Shown here: piece by piece, positions 12,901-26,599 of the stretch
How positions within the stretch are numbered: position 1 is the stretch's first letter
Layout of the letters: every line of letters starts with the position of its first letter
Assembly: GCA_951406725.2 (NCBI GenBank)
Contig: OX597817.1
Coordinates: forward strand, 121,024,001-121,088,000
Direction: 5' to 3'
DNA length: 64,000 nucleotides
Source of the DNA: Octopus vulgaris
Lineage: Eukaryota
Translations under genes and position numbers: made by a program
Notes under the pieces: model-generated
What the model saw: the letters and a program-made list of their open reading frames with translations, nothing else
Databases searched by the model: none
What the model was told of the DNA's origin: nothing

Positions 12901-14901
12901 TTTTCTATGTTATTTTTTCAATATTTTCATTTGCTCTATTTTTATTTTTGTTTACCTTAATTTGATAACCAAGTTTGTTAGCTAGTTTATCAGGGAAATA
13001 TATTTAGCATACAAAATAAAAAAGAAAAAAAAGGTATAAAGAGTCACACTCTGTTCTTTGATCTTTTACTGGTAATTTTATCCTCTTTCTCTCCCTCTCT
13101 CTACCCCTTTCTCTCCCTCTCTCTACCCCTTTCTCTCACTCACTCACTCACTCACTCCTTCCTCTCCTTTGATGCAGTTTTTTTACCATTTTTTTCCTCC
13201 TTCTTTTCTCCTTTAAATAGTCCCATTTCTTTGATTCTTTATCTGAATTGAGACATTTTACTTTCTGGGAGATGTTTTCAGTACTAAACTTTCATCATTC
13301 CAAGATGATGGCGATGGTGTTAGAAGTAATGGTAAGCAGCAGAGAGCAAGGGATAGAATATTTGCATTTCTATTCCAAATGTCTGAGTACTTGTGACATT
13401 TATTTATTTATTTATTTATCTACCTATCAATTTATTTTTTGTTTTGTAAATAGCAATCTAGCTGTGAATTCATAGAAATCTCTACAGACGTGACACTTAG
13501 TTTCTTGGCTTAACTCCAGCTCCAATATTAATCTTGCCATATGAGTACTAAATTCTTTATAGTCTACATTTCTTTAATGCAGTCTTTCGAGATATGTCAC
13601 AGAATTAGATAATTTCATGCTGTTATGAAGTGAGTAAATTACTCCTGTTATAAAATATCATCAACCCGTACATTTCATTTTTTTTCCCTCAAAATCTAAG
13701 CAATGAAAAAATAACAAATATTTCATTAGCAATAAGCAGAGTGGTTAAACTAATGCAACTCTTTACCCACCAAAATACATAATACACTGAGCCAGTGAGT
13801 GAGGGGAAGAGTCTCCACATTATCACTTACTAGAAATAGAAGTCTAATCTCACTCATATCAAATGCTACCGTCTTAAAAGTGAAAGGACGCATTGGATAA
13901 ATTAATGTTACGTGTACTTTATCTGGAAAAAAATAAAAACAAAACAAAAATACAAGTGGGTCACATCAATACACCTGTCAGCATATTTAGGACTTATGAG
14001 TCTAACAAGGGATCTCTGTGTAGTTGTTTGGTCTGCTAGAATGAGCAGCCACCTCTCCTATATCTCTCTTATGACATCTTGAAAAAAGAAAGTATGTATT
14101 CCAGCAGTGTAGTACAGAAATCATATGGGATGGCCACAGTTGGATCACTTAATCATAGGTCATACTTAACAATCAGATATCAGATTCTAATATTGTACTT
14201 TGTATCCTATTATGGTATTATTGCAGCAATATAGTTAAGTATTAGGTGAGGAAAATTGCAAATAACTGTAAAACATCTGCTTGCAACAAGTTATGCACAT
14301 GTTTAAATTGCTGTATCCATATAGCCTATGTACATGAAAAAAATCTGGCTGTGAAAAATATTTACTGGGAAGAAGAAAAAAAATTGAAGATAAAAAAAAA
14401 AAAATCTGAAATCAGGTACAGGTGATGGAAATGTTATATTAACCGTTCAGTGACAAACTAAAGATGGTATCATACTCTACATTCTGCAACACTGAGTTTG
14501 TAATCTTGTTATTAAAATATAAATCACATTTTTTGACAGAAAATAGTTATAAAAAAACAAAAGAACGACAATATAAATAAATAAATAAAACACAAAACAA
14601 AACAATAAAAGTAAGACATGAAAACTTCAAAAGAATTTCAGCAAATTATTTTGATTTCCAAACAGTGATTTCACTACCTTTTTAAGTCTATTAAAAAAAA
14701 TGACGGAATTATGAAATAAAGCCAGAGAAATGTACTTTTCTTCCGCTTTTCTTTGAACTTACTATAAGAAGTGACAGATACATCCATAGCCATTCAAGTT
14801 TTAAAATGCTAAGCAGAAACTCATGATAAGGAAAATGTATGTGTGTGTGCAAGTGTGTATATATATATATACATATCATAGAAATATCATGTGTATATAT
14901 T

Positions 14902-15077
14902 GGAGTGGCTGTGTGGTAAGTAGCTTGCTTACCAACCACATGGTTCCGGGTTCAGTCCCACTGCGTGGCATCTTGGGCAAGTGTCTTTTGCTATAGCTCC
15001 GGGCCAACCAATGCCTTGTGAGTGGATTTGGTAGACGGAAACTGAAAGAAGCCTGTCGTATATATGTATATATCTAC

Positions 15078-15159
<82 letters not shown>

Positions 15160-15390
15160 GAATGTGTGTGTATATGCTTGTGTGTCTGTGTTAGTCTCCC
15201 CAACATCGCTTGACAACCGATGCTGGTGTGTTTACATCCCCGTTACTTAGCGATTCACCAAAAGAGACCGATAGAATAAGTACTGGGCTTATAAAGAATA
15301 AGTCTCAGGGTCGATTTGCTCGACTAAAAGGCGGTGCTCCAGCATGGCTGCAGTCAAATGACTGAAACCAGTAAAAGAGAGTAAAAGAGA
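14902..15390 (+). mobile_element. SINE family A, near full length (tRNA head, CORE-like segment, internal microsatellite)
   Basis: A box TGGCTGTGTGGTAAG, B-box-like GGTTCAGTCCC, CTTGGGCAAGTGTCTT, tail GACTGAAACCAGTAAAAGAG; more than 10 copies in window. Confidence 0.92.
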
Positions 15391-15609
15391 TATTATACAC
15401 ACTCACTCTCTCTCTCTTTCACACACACACATATTTTGAAGTTGTACATGTTTGGTAAGTAGCTTGATGTAAGATTGTGTGTTGAAAGTAAAACATGGTA
15501 AAACAGTCATTTTAACCAATTACAAACACTGAAAAGTACCAATTGTGCTTGCAGGGTGTTGTCTTCTTGATTGCACAATGCAACTAAAACAATACAAGTA
15601 CACAGGCTT

Positions 15610-16000
15610 ACAGCAACTAGTGTGTGCCTGACAGAAATCATTTACCTGCTCCTATTCAAGGAATTCTGTCTTTCAAAAGCAGTAATGTTTTGAGTATTTG
15701 TAACACACTTGGATTGTGGTGAAATATATTACAGGGACTTACTGTGAACACTTTCAAAAATTATTATTACCAGCATCTACACTCATTCAGATCAAGGAAC
15801 AATGAAAGCTTCATATCTTTGTCCAAAGTTTTCTGCAATTCAGCAGACAAGAAGTCCTGGAATATCTGCCAACAACAGGAGGAATTATCGATAAAGATCT
15901 CTCATACTTTAAAACACCACACACCTACAGGATTTGTGTCATTAAAAAGACAACAATAAAGACGGTCAGCAATATTATGTAAATATAGATTAGATATAAT
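15610..16000 (+). mobile_element. Penelope-like element GIY-YIG endonuclease remnant
   Basis: Across frameshifts: P-IQG..CLSKAVMF..GLTVNTFKNYYYQHLHSFRSRNNESFISLSK..SYFKTPHTYRICVIKK, matching the CPLxGxCLxxxVIY..YIGLTExxFKxRYxxHxxSF...TxLSK..CxLCLxEK pattern. Confidence 0.7.
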
Positions 16001-16421
16001 CTAACAAATATCATAGAGTATAAACAAGTATAAACAAGTTTCTAGGCTTGAAATGAGTAATTTCTTTATATGTAGCAGTCTAGCCAGCAATATTTCTGAC
16101 TTGCCACATTTTTGACCACATAACTGGGTTTGACCAATGAGAATCAGCTTAGCTAATTCAAATTGGTTAAAGATGTGTTGTAGTCACAGCTTCAATTATT
16201 CACTAAATATTGCCGTAATGATATCTCTACCTAACATGTGCAAACCCAAACCAGAATGAAATGAATCACTAATAGATTTTCAGTGAATATATACTCTACA
16301 TCATGAATTGAATATTCTTTTCTTTTGCCTGAAAAATATGTATTTGAATGTGTGTGTGTGTGTATTATAAAATTAAATTAATATAAACAGCAGGTTACAA
16401 TGTTTCACCAAAGAGGAAAAT

Positions 16422-16666
16422 TATAATTGTCACTATATTGCTAGAAATAAGAGCTAAAACACTCTAATGCCGTAGTTAATGCACATAAATGAAACCATAT
16501 ACACTAACAGGGATCATAATTGTTAAAAAAATACTGACCAGTTATGGTTCTTGTTAGTGTATATTTTCATTCATGTATGTTTATTCTAGAATTAGAGCAT
16601 TTTAGCTCTTATTTCTAGCAATGTAGGTGGTTTTTAACACCCTAGACACTTTAAGTGACAATTATA
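16422..16666. repeat. Imperfect long palindrome (fold-back)
   Basis: 13-bp perfect outer stem TATAATTGTCACT/AGTGACAATTATA plus about 90-bp inner arms (ATTGCTAGAAATAAGAGCTAAAA / TTTTAGCTCTTATTTCTAGCAAT). Confidence 0.85.
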
Positions 16667-17942
16667 TATGTATATTTGTGTGTGTGTGTATGTGTGTTTA
16701 TGTATGTATATATGTGTGTGTATACACACATATATGTATATATATACATGTATGTATGAGTGTCTGTATGCATGTGTATATGTATATTTGTTTATCAAAT
16801 GATATTCAGTTCAATAAAATTCAAGAGAAAGTGAAAAAAATAATAGCAAAGCCACTGATGGGAATATAAACCAGCTAGCGCTCACTTCCGTTGGCCTCTT
16901 AATCTGAGAGTAGGAAGTTGTGAAGTCCCTGTGGTGTAAATGAATAAGCAATGCATCTGCTCTCCAAGTGGTGTGTGGTTTAATTCCCACAACAAGGATT
17001 TTTGTTATTTTCAAATTATTGCTACAAATATTGTTTATAAAAATGTATCATAGTTATCAGCTTGTTGCTTAATTTATTCATTTATTTATTAATGCGTGAA
17101 TTTTCTAATAAAGCCTGCAAAAATTAAAGCATGGTTATGTAGTTAAGAAGATTGATTTGCAATCATGGTGTTCTAGGTTCTGTTTCACATTAAAGCATTT
17201 TGGGTAACTTTTTGGCCTTGCTTGTTTAGTAAAGAAAGTGTGCAGAAGCCCATCCCATAATAAATATATTTGTGGGATTTTGTTTTGCATGTGTAAGGTG
17301 TGTGTGAAGGGCTGATTGTGTTCATATATGTATGTGTGTATCAGTGTGAATTAATGTGTTAGACAAATGTTCATTATAGGATTTTTAGGTTTCCTACATT
17401 TATGCTAAGGACAACTTAATCTTTTCAGAAGCAGAGATCAACAGATTAAGTACAAGACTAAGTACTGACATTACTAATACCAACTAAAAAGGATTTTGTT
17501 GTACTACAGCATGGTCTGAAACATAAACAAGTAAAACTTTGGAGTAGCTGAAAGCAAACTGTCCAGGTTAATAGTAGATAAGTCCCAATATACTATAGAA
17601 ACGTCAATAGCATCTCTAGGTGTGATTTCAAATCCCACTGGATATTTAAAAACCCATGTTGTTCTTAAGTTGAAATAGATATGCTTTGGGTGAGTTTTGT
17701 ATTTTTGATCCACTATAAAAGCTTTGCACAAATTAAGCTGGGTAGATGGTTCTTCTCAAGTACAGCATATTGCCAAGGGTCTTGATGTATTTGTATATAG
17801 GTATGTATGTTTATAAGTGTATGTGTGTGTACAAGCATGTGTGTGTATGTAGAGTAAACAATTTTTTTGTTTTATTCGGTGAAGGAAGAAGAATTATGCG
17901 GTTGCCGTTGGAAGCAATGAAAAGCCAGCAATTTTTATTTAC

Positions 17943-17988
17943 CTGTGTCAGGTTGTGTCCCTTCACTCGAAATATATACCGCAGCCAT
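17943..17988 (-). CDS. Putative first coding exon MAAVYISSEGTQPDT (phase 1) of an unidentified gene
   Basis: caaATGGCTGCG start context (YY1/Kozak-like), 46 nt, then CAG|GTAAAT donor; local CpG retention; no homology recognised. Confidence 0.4.
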
Positions 17989-18819
17989 TTGATATATTAG
18001 CGATCAATAAAATAAATACCAGGATGAAATATATTCTGTTTCAATGGGATAGAACAAAATGTCTAATGGTGGTAGCCTAACATGGCCAAAGGACAATGAT
18101 AGATACTAATAAAAGAATAAATAAAATGTCCACAGTAGAGTTTTGAACCTATGACCTTGGATTCCAATACCTTATTTACTCAGCCATCATACCTTTCTGC
18201 TTATACCATAGCATCGCACAACATGAGAACACTCTCAATGCATATTGGAAATTCTTCAGAAATATTTTAAAATCTCTTATATGAAAAAATAAACAAAAAA
18301 ATGAGTTCCAAGTCATTAAATTGTTAATTATGTCAAAACCTTTTGATATAATTAACAACTCAACAACTGGCAATTGATTTATTTGAATTTCAATTTGAGT
18401 TCAAATTTCGATTTCAGATTTCCACTCCCTAATTTCGATTAATGAAAACACTTTTTTTTTTCTATGAATTTGAAAAAATTTTAATTTGAGAAAAATAAAA
18501 TGAAAACAAAAATAAACAAATAAATAAATAAAAATTAAAGAGGGAAAAAAAACCTTGTCATCATCCTTTTGAAAATAATCATAAGAAAAATTATCATTGT
18601 TGATCAAAACGTATTTAACTGAAACTTATCAGGGAGCTTCTGTATAGTTGTTTGATCTGCTGAAAGCAGCAACCAAACTTGTCGAGAAACTACATTGTGT
18701 AATGCTAGCTTGCTACACTCTGCTTGACAGACAAAGAGGATGGTCATGGTTGGAGTGTCTTTGAATATAAATCTGCTCCATCATGCTTCTTTTGAAGCTA
18801 CACAACAACACATACAACA

Positions 18820-19017
18820 GCCGTTCAAGAATTTGAACCTGGAGATCTCCATTTCCAGCAACTTTGAGGGCCACCTCCCAGTGGTATCAGGCATCAACAA
18901 AGAGCCCTCGACTACAACAAGACGACCAAAGTTTTTTTTGCTAAGGTCTGGGGTCTCCCGCCCCTAAGCCCTAGACCATCACCTAATCACCCTTACCCGT
19001 CTTGTTGCTTAACAACA
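18820..19017 (+). mobile_element. SINE-like family E, about 200 bp, (AAC)n tail
   Basis: Flanking duplication ACAACAACACATACAACAG (18802-18820 / 19018-19036); closely matches 23203-23411. Confidence 0.85.
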
Positions 19018-19484
19018 ACAACAACACATACAACAGATCAGTTCTTCAAGACATTGTATCATAGTTCTATCACCAAATATTTCCCCTCCATTTAGTGTAT
19101 ACAAATCCAGACATGTTGGTATTAGCGAATTACATTCTTAGTAAAAGTTTGTCTGTTCTGAAAGCTTACGAAACACATGCTAATTTTATAATAGTGCTAC
19201 TACATATTTTAGTAAATTGTTACGTCTTTGTGGTACCTATTTACAGATAGGTAGCCCATACCATTTAAGAACTAAGTACTCTGGGCAAGAAAGCAACATT
19301 GTGTTACCAGTGAGATATCGATTGACCACCTACTTTTTCACTTTGTCTGTTACTCTGTTGATTTGGTTATCTATCCTCTCATATCTCATCTATCAATTCA
19401 TAAAACAACATGTGATAATGACAAAGCTTCTGCATATTTTATTCATTTATTTTGCATTTTTGTATCATGCATATAGTGAACAAT

Positions 19485-19548
19485 AGCGTCGTTAGTTATA
19501 ACTTTCCATAGGGGCAATCACTGGTTCATTGCATTTCCTATGGTAAGA
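19485..19548 (+). other. Possible first exon ending ATG|GTAAGA
   Basis: ATG at 19540-19542 directly followed by a strong donor; CpG cluster 19487-19590; no downstream exon found. Confidence 0.2.
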
Positions 19549-19674
19549 ATGGCAAGGAAGTGTCTGCACAGCTGAGGCGGAATAAATACGGCAAGATATT
19601 TTTGTTTGAATGCACTGGTTGTATTGATTTTCTCAGTGATGTGTGTATCTTTTGCCAGTGTACATTGGCAAATG

Positions 19675-19784
19675 ATATACACATACATATATTTACATCT
19701 ATTTATATATATTTATGCTCACATACACACACACTCTCTCTCTCTCACACACACACACATACATATATATATATATGTACACAC

Positions 19785-19821
<37 letters not shown>

Positions 19822-20240
19822 TATATTTATATTCATATATATGTATATATACATGTGTATATCTATGTATATGTATGTATATGCATATGTACATATATGT
19901 GTATATATGTGTTTGCTTGTGTGTATATATATATATATATATATGAATATGTATATCTACATTATATACATGTATATACATATATATATATACACAGATA
20001 TGCATATATATGTATACACATTTATATATATGTGTATATATTTATATACATATGTATATATATAAATATATATATATACATATGTATATGCATTTACATA
20101 TTTATATATATATATATATATTTATATGTATATACATATGTATGTGTATATATGTATATATGTATGTATGTATATATATATAAATATATATATACACATA
20201 CAGAAACATATATACATAGATGTATAATTATAGATGTATA
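19675..20240. repeat. Compound TA/CA/TG microsatellite field
   Basis: Direct reading; similar fields at 12100-12375, 31890-32320, 47760-48240, 51085-51355, 58605-58830, 59765-60185. Confidence 0.95.
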
Positions 20241-21908
20241 ATGAATTTAATGAGTTGGGTTCTTGATGATTGCCTGATCTCTGAGAAATAGTACACAATC
20301 CTTCCTCAAATCACACCCTACTGGCTTAAAGGAACATATCAGGTAATCAGTTGATGTGGTTTGGCGTTCCTAACACAGAGATAAAAGACAAGATAGTTGT
20401 GGCAGGAATACTTATCATAAATATTATAAATCATGAGTGACCTGGGATTAAACAAACTACAGCAACATCAAGCTTAAATCACCAAACATTAATCAACCAA
20501 AACCAAAAGCAATGTTAGGAGATGCTTGCTCAAGGCTCAAAATCCAGAATCACATGGCTGGGAAGCAAGGTTAATTAATCATGCCTGTGTCCATGGAAAC
20601 ATCAACATGGAAGCCACTATATAGCATCTGGATTTTCCTAAAATTACACTGTATTGCTTTGAAGAAAGAAGGGGTATTTTACATAATGTAGTTCTAGATA
20701 CTACTAAAAAGACAGTTTGATCTTGACAGGAGCACCTTTGATCATAAATCTCCCAATCAAGGTTGACCTGGCTCTAAACAACAGCAACAACAACAACATA
20801 GGGTATTAGGGATTAGAATCCTTAATCACTTTTCATGAGGTGATTAGGAGGATACAAAATGAAAGCCATATTTCACGCCACACCAAACCACATCGCATAA
20901 CAGCTATAATTTCTTTGTTTAAAATTCTGATAATAAAAGGGGGGCACTGCAATGTTACTGACATTTCAATGCAGAGTCAGAAGATTTAAGATTTAAACCT
21001 CTTGCTAATCATATGATGTAAGGATTGAATAAATATAAGATAATGAAAATAAAATATATCTAAAAAAACAAAAAACAAAACAAAATGATGATACTTATAG
21101 TATTAAACATTTGATCAACCCTACTTTACTAGCCTATTCACACACACATTTACAGACACATACACACACACACATATATATTTAATGCATTTAGTTTGCT
21201 AAATCTCTTGTCAGATAATGAAAATTTCAGTTGTCTTCTCCTTCAAATTGCATTTGATTGGTTGTAAAATCGGTGACTTTTAAGGATATCCATTAAAGAA
21301 GTGCTGCTGTATATTCTGCATGAGAGAAAATGGGCTTAGCTAGATTGTAAAAGGATGATATATGATGTAGAAAAGAAAATTACACAGCGGCGTATGTGAA
21401 TGTACATACACACACACACACACATACAAATGTACACCCATGCACACTCACACATGTAAGGTGGCTTAATCCAGAAATATATAAAATCTTTTACTTGAAA
21501 TATCTTGCTTATTTACAGGCTAAAACATTTCTTGGCAGTGGTCTGAAGAATCATTATTTATAGCAATAAGGTTGATATAAGAGGCTTATTCCAGAAGATT
21601 ACAAGAAAATAAAAGACAACTCTAAACTAGATATTCTGTGAGGAAACTAGATAGGCTGACTTGCATAGTCTAAAGTGTGAAAAGTAATCCAATAATTCTT
21701 AGGCACAATTTCAGTAAAAGTAAATGATTGTGCGGACACAGTAAGATTTTATTAGTAACATATTTTATACCAAGTGACAAAAGAACAAGATATTTACACT
21801 AAACTTTGTAATAATATTTTATATGTTTATTAATTATAATTGTGCTATTTATAATCAAAGAACTGTTCTCTTTATTTTTTAAATGTTTAGTAAAGAAATT
21901 GTTGCTAT

Positions 21909-22770
21909 GGGTACAGGTATGGCTGTGTGGTAAGAAGTTTGCTTTCCAACCACATGGCTTTGTTTTCAGTTCCTCTGCATGGTATCTTGAGGCAACTATC
22001 TTCTACTATGACCCCAAGCCTGCCCTAAGCATTGCGGGTGAATTTAGTAAATGGAGATTGAAAGAAGCCTGCCGTACACACACACACATATATATGTATA
22101 TATATGTATTTATATATATATATATATATATATATTTGTAATTCTTATATATATATATATATGTATATATGTAAGTTCATTTAGAGGTTAAGTAAGCTTC
22201 TTAAGGGATAATAATATCCAATGAATTAACTGGTTTCTTACCTATTATTTTAAATATTAGATTTAATATTCAAGAGATTATGTCTATTTTTGTAATTAAT
22301 ATATATATATATATATATATATATTATGTAATTATTAATATATATTATGTAATTATTAATATATATATGTATACATATGCATGTATATATACATATAGAT
22401 GTAGGTATGTACATATATGTATGTATATATGCATATATTTATATATTATTTATATTATATATATATTATATATATATATATATATATATGTGTGTCTGTG
22501 TGTGTGTGCACACATACATCTATGCATGTATTTGTGTATACATGTGTGTGTATCTTTGTGTTTGTCTTCCACTACTGCTTGACAACTGGTGATGGTTTGT
22601 TTATGTCTCTGTAACTTTGCAGTTCAGCATATGAGACTGATAAAATAAGTACCAGGGCCAGGACCAGGCTTGAAAAAATAGTACTGAGCTCAATTTGTTT
22701 GACAAAAAATTCTTTAAGGCAGTGCCTCCTCCCCTAACATGACAGTTGTCCAATGAATGAAACAGTAAAA
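21909..22770 (+). mobile_element. SINE family A with expanded and interrupted internal microsatellite
   Basis: Head GGTACAGGTATGGCTGTGTGGTAAG; tail AATGAATGAAACAGTAAAAG. Confidence 0.75.
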
Positions 22771-23202
22771 GTTAAATGATACAATAATAACTTATTTTTT
22801 TTAACAATATCAAACCACAGAGAAAATAATCTTCAACCTTAATAGAAGTGGTTGCAAGGTTGTACCCACATTCACAGCTACTGTATTATGCCTGTGATTA
22901 AGATACTTAAGTTTCAAGAAGCATGTTCACCTAAATCTAAGTTGGTAGAACAATGCAGTCAGTGGCAAGTGTTTTAGCCTGATTCCTCTTGTGGAACTGC
23001 AGAAAGCACTGGGGCATTACATCAGCAGTATACCCACTTTCAACCACTGCAACATGTTAACAAGATTTCCAGTAACCTCACTGATGTTGGTTCCATGCAA
23101 AAAGCTTTCAGTAAAGTGGCTGGTGCTATGAAGAGTATCCAGCAATAGAAACCACGATAATGCAGACAGTAGAACTCAGCACAGGTCTCTGGCTCACCAG
23201 CA

Positions 23203-23411
23203 GCCGTCCAAGAATTTGAACCTGGAGATCTCCATTTCCAGCGACTTCGAGGGCCACCTCCCAGTGGTGTCAGGCGTCAACGAAGAGCCCTCAACTACAA
23301 CAAGACAACCAAAGTTTTTTTTTTTTTTCAAGGTTTGGCGTCTCCTGCCTCTAAGCCCTAGACCATCACCTAATCACCCTTACCCGTCTTGTTGCTTAAC
23401 AACAACAACAA
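23203..23411 (+). mobile_element. SINE-like family E, second copy, inserted in a family C SINE
   Basis: 10-bp TSD CTCACCAGCA (23193-23202 / 23412-23421); same 5' start GCCGTYCAAG as the 18820 copy. Confidence 0.88.
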
Positions 23412-24145
23412 CTCACCAGCACCTGTCAAATTGTTCAACCCATACAAGGATGATGATGATGATGATGAAGATGGTGATGATCCAGTTACCTGTTTGGGTT
23501 ATGAGACTAAGCACTGCTAAACATCAATACTATGATCACCATCGTTTGACCTATGATCAAATGTATTCTAACTTTACCATATCAGAGAAAACATTGTCTA
23601 ATGTAGATTCCTTTATTAAAGACAGTGGGGTTTGATTGAATGAAGGGAGATTGTGCTGTTATTCCTAGCAGTTTGAGCAACCGTATATAGTGAGACTTCT
23701 TCATTGGGTCGAATACCATGAGTATAGTAGAATAGTGTTAAGCACAAGCAGATAAGTTCATAAGCAGGTTTCAAATCCTAACTGAAGTAATTTTCAGTTG
23801 AATTATTCTGCTAATACCTCTGGGAAATGCATAGACATCATACTCATTCTTTTCTTTCATCTTCAGTCATTGGACTGTGGCCTTGCTGGGCACTGCCTTG
23901 AAGTGTTTTAGTTAAACAAATTGATCCCAATACTTATTTTTAAGCTTGGCACTTAATCCATTATTCTCTTTTGTTGAACTGCTAAGTTACACAGATACAA
24001 ATAAACTAGCACTGGTTGTCAAGCAAAGATGGGACAAGCACAAAGACAAACACACGCGCACACACACACACACACACGTGCATGCACATTATCCAAAATT
24101 CTGACGATCTTCTTTTTCTTAATATACAATATCTGTACACCACTT

Positions 24146-24204
<59 letters not shown>

Positions 24205-26599
24205 CGTGTGTGTGTGTTTGTGTGTGTGTATTTACACAGCTTTCTCTCAGCTTTGAATTACCTAATTCATTGTGTCAAGGCTTTAGTGCCAACACAGCAG
24301 AACTGAGTCCAAAATCACATGGTTGCAAAGCAAACTCCTTACTACATGACCATGTGGTATATCTTAGACAGATTCATATCTACAAGACTAAAAACGAAAA
24401 AAAACACTCTGATGAAGCTGCTTCAGTATATGTATAATCCCTAATACATTTGATGCAACATTATTTTCGTACTGCAGATTTTCTGACAAGATCATTTTCT
24501 TACTACATTGAAACATAAGGAACATAGCAAAATACCATTTTTTAAAAAATTTTTCCCCAGCTGATGACTGTCTAACTTGCATTGATATGTAGACTGCACC
24601 AAATACTTACTCACTATTCACTCTCAGCACAACCATTCGGATATAGATATGTTATTTGTTTTAGGAAATTTCAAGAGAATATGGCATCTAATGAGAATGA
24701 TAAACATTATTTTCTAGTTATACTTCTTTTCTCATTATAGCCAATTGAAAGATTGAGAACTTTGTAGCATACAACATTTTATCAAGTTGTTTCTCTTGTG
24801 ATGTTCTTTTTGCATTTGAATGAATATTTGAATGAATACTGATTACTCTCTCAGGAACAAGGTTAGTTTTGGAAGATGAGATAGCATAGCAGATTGGTGT
24901 TTTTTTTTGTTTTTGTTTTAGTTTTCGTATCCCAAATCACTTACTGGTACTTGTATTATTGAATCTAGAATGACAAAATGCCAAAGTAACTGCATCTGGT
25001 TTTGAACTGAAAACTATGAAAGATGGAAACAAAATATTATGAAGTATCCAGTTCTGAGATTATGATTGTTTGGTCATCTTTATAAAGTGATATACATTTC
25101 TTTAGAAACCCTATGTTCCTATCAAAGCATTGCTAAGTACTGGTGACATATATTGTGTTAAGGGAGGAGTAACTGGACAGTAAGTAACTGTTTGTTTTGG
25201 CGTTTGAACACATCTGTGTAAGTGAGACAGCAATCAGCTAGGGAAAAAAGTGGTATTTCATTATGCTAAAATATAATAAGAAATGACCTTGTCAGGAAAT
25301 CTCTGGTTGGAAAATAATGTCAAGTCAAGGGTTAATCGAGTCAAGTCCTTAATAGGAAGATTTGTATAAAATATATTCATATAAAGGTTAGAAATAGAAA
25401 CAAGGGATATGACAGTGTCACTTATATGACATTATAAGATTTTTAAACATTATTCTCTTGTCAATATTTAGCTTGTGAAAGTTTGCACAGCAATCTTTGA
25501 CAATCTCAAGACAGCTTATTGAATATGATTGAATGTAACATTCTCAACATGTAATTTATTGATGCATTATTTGCTGACACAAACAAACAATTGTTTAAAT
25601 ACTTCATCAAGGCAGGAAGAAGAATTTCAGTCTAAAGTAGAAAAAAAAAATGAAAGAATCTACAATTGCTTGAGATTTTTATGAGAAACAGATAGCAATT
25701 TTCTCTACTCTACATGGCATTTGAGTTTTAAATGAATGTCTAAATGGATTCTAAAATACTTGACAGAAATGATAGAGTATCTTACTAATTATATTCCACT
25801 ATTTAGCTTCACCCTTCTATGTTTTGAGTTCAAATCTTGTTAGTAGCCGGCATTGTATTTTATCTCACCAGGGTTGATTAAATACTAATTGAACTAAATT
25901 GATCCTCACCTACAAATTCATAGCTTTGTTCTAATGTATGAATTCAGTTTTAATTGGGGCAGATTGGTAAAATCATCACAGCATTGGACAAAATTTTATG
26001 ACCCTTTGCAGTCTGAATTCAAAGCCTGTCAGCCATCTGAGATTAATTTGATAAAATTGCCAGTCAAGTACTTGAGCAATTTAATCAACTATACCAAGCT
26101 CATAAAATTTGAGAACTTTTGCCTCTGACAGAAATCAATATTAACTTAACAAAAGGCAGTGAACTGGCACTAATAATGGAACATCTTTAGATGAGTAAAT
26201 TCATTATGCAATACAGTGCATTTTTTGACAATTTGAAATATAAGTTATTTTGAGTTTCAAAAAATTATCATATGATTGTAATCTCACCATAAGCAAAATG
26301 ATTACATTATAGGTTTTATCGCTCTGAGATAACAAAAAAATAAATGAGTTTGTTCTGACTAGTTTCAAGCTTTCTTAAGTCTTTCTTTGAGAGAGAAAAA
26401 CATCCATTATTCTGTCGAACGAGTGAGTAGTAGCTTATATCTCTAATTAATTCATAGAAATTTGAAGCCATCTCAAATTACCAGAGTAATTTGCATAGCA
26501 GTGCATTCTATGTCAGCAAGGATTATGTATTTAATTCATAGTGTAATACACAGCATTTTTAAACACTTTAAAATGTAATGTAAAATATACTTTTTTTGT

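Noticed and set aside
16920-16995. tRNA-like sequence (also 18125-18185 and SINE heads) as tRNA genes
   Set aside because: No complete cloverleaf; decayed SINE heads
18955-19000. CCCTAA-like run in family E as a telomerase RNA template
   Set aside because: Lacks a contiguous CTAACCCTAA template; only scattered similarity
24405-24480. CTGATGA as an HHR core
   Set aside because: No downstream GAAA or closing stem I
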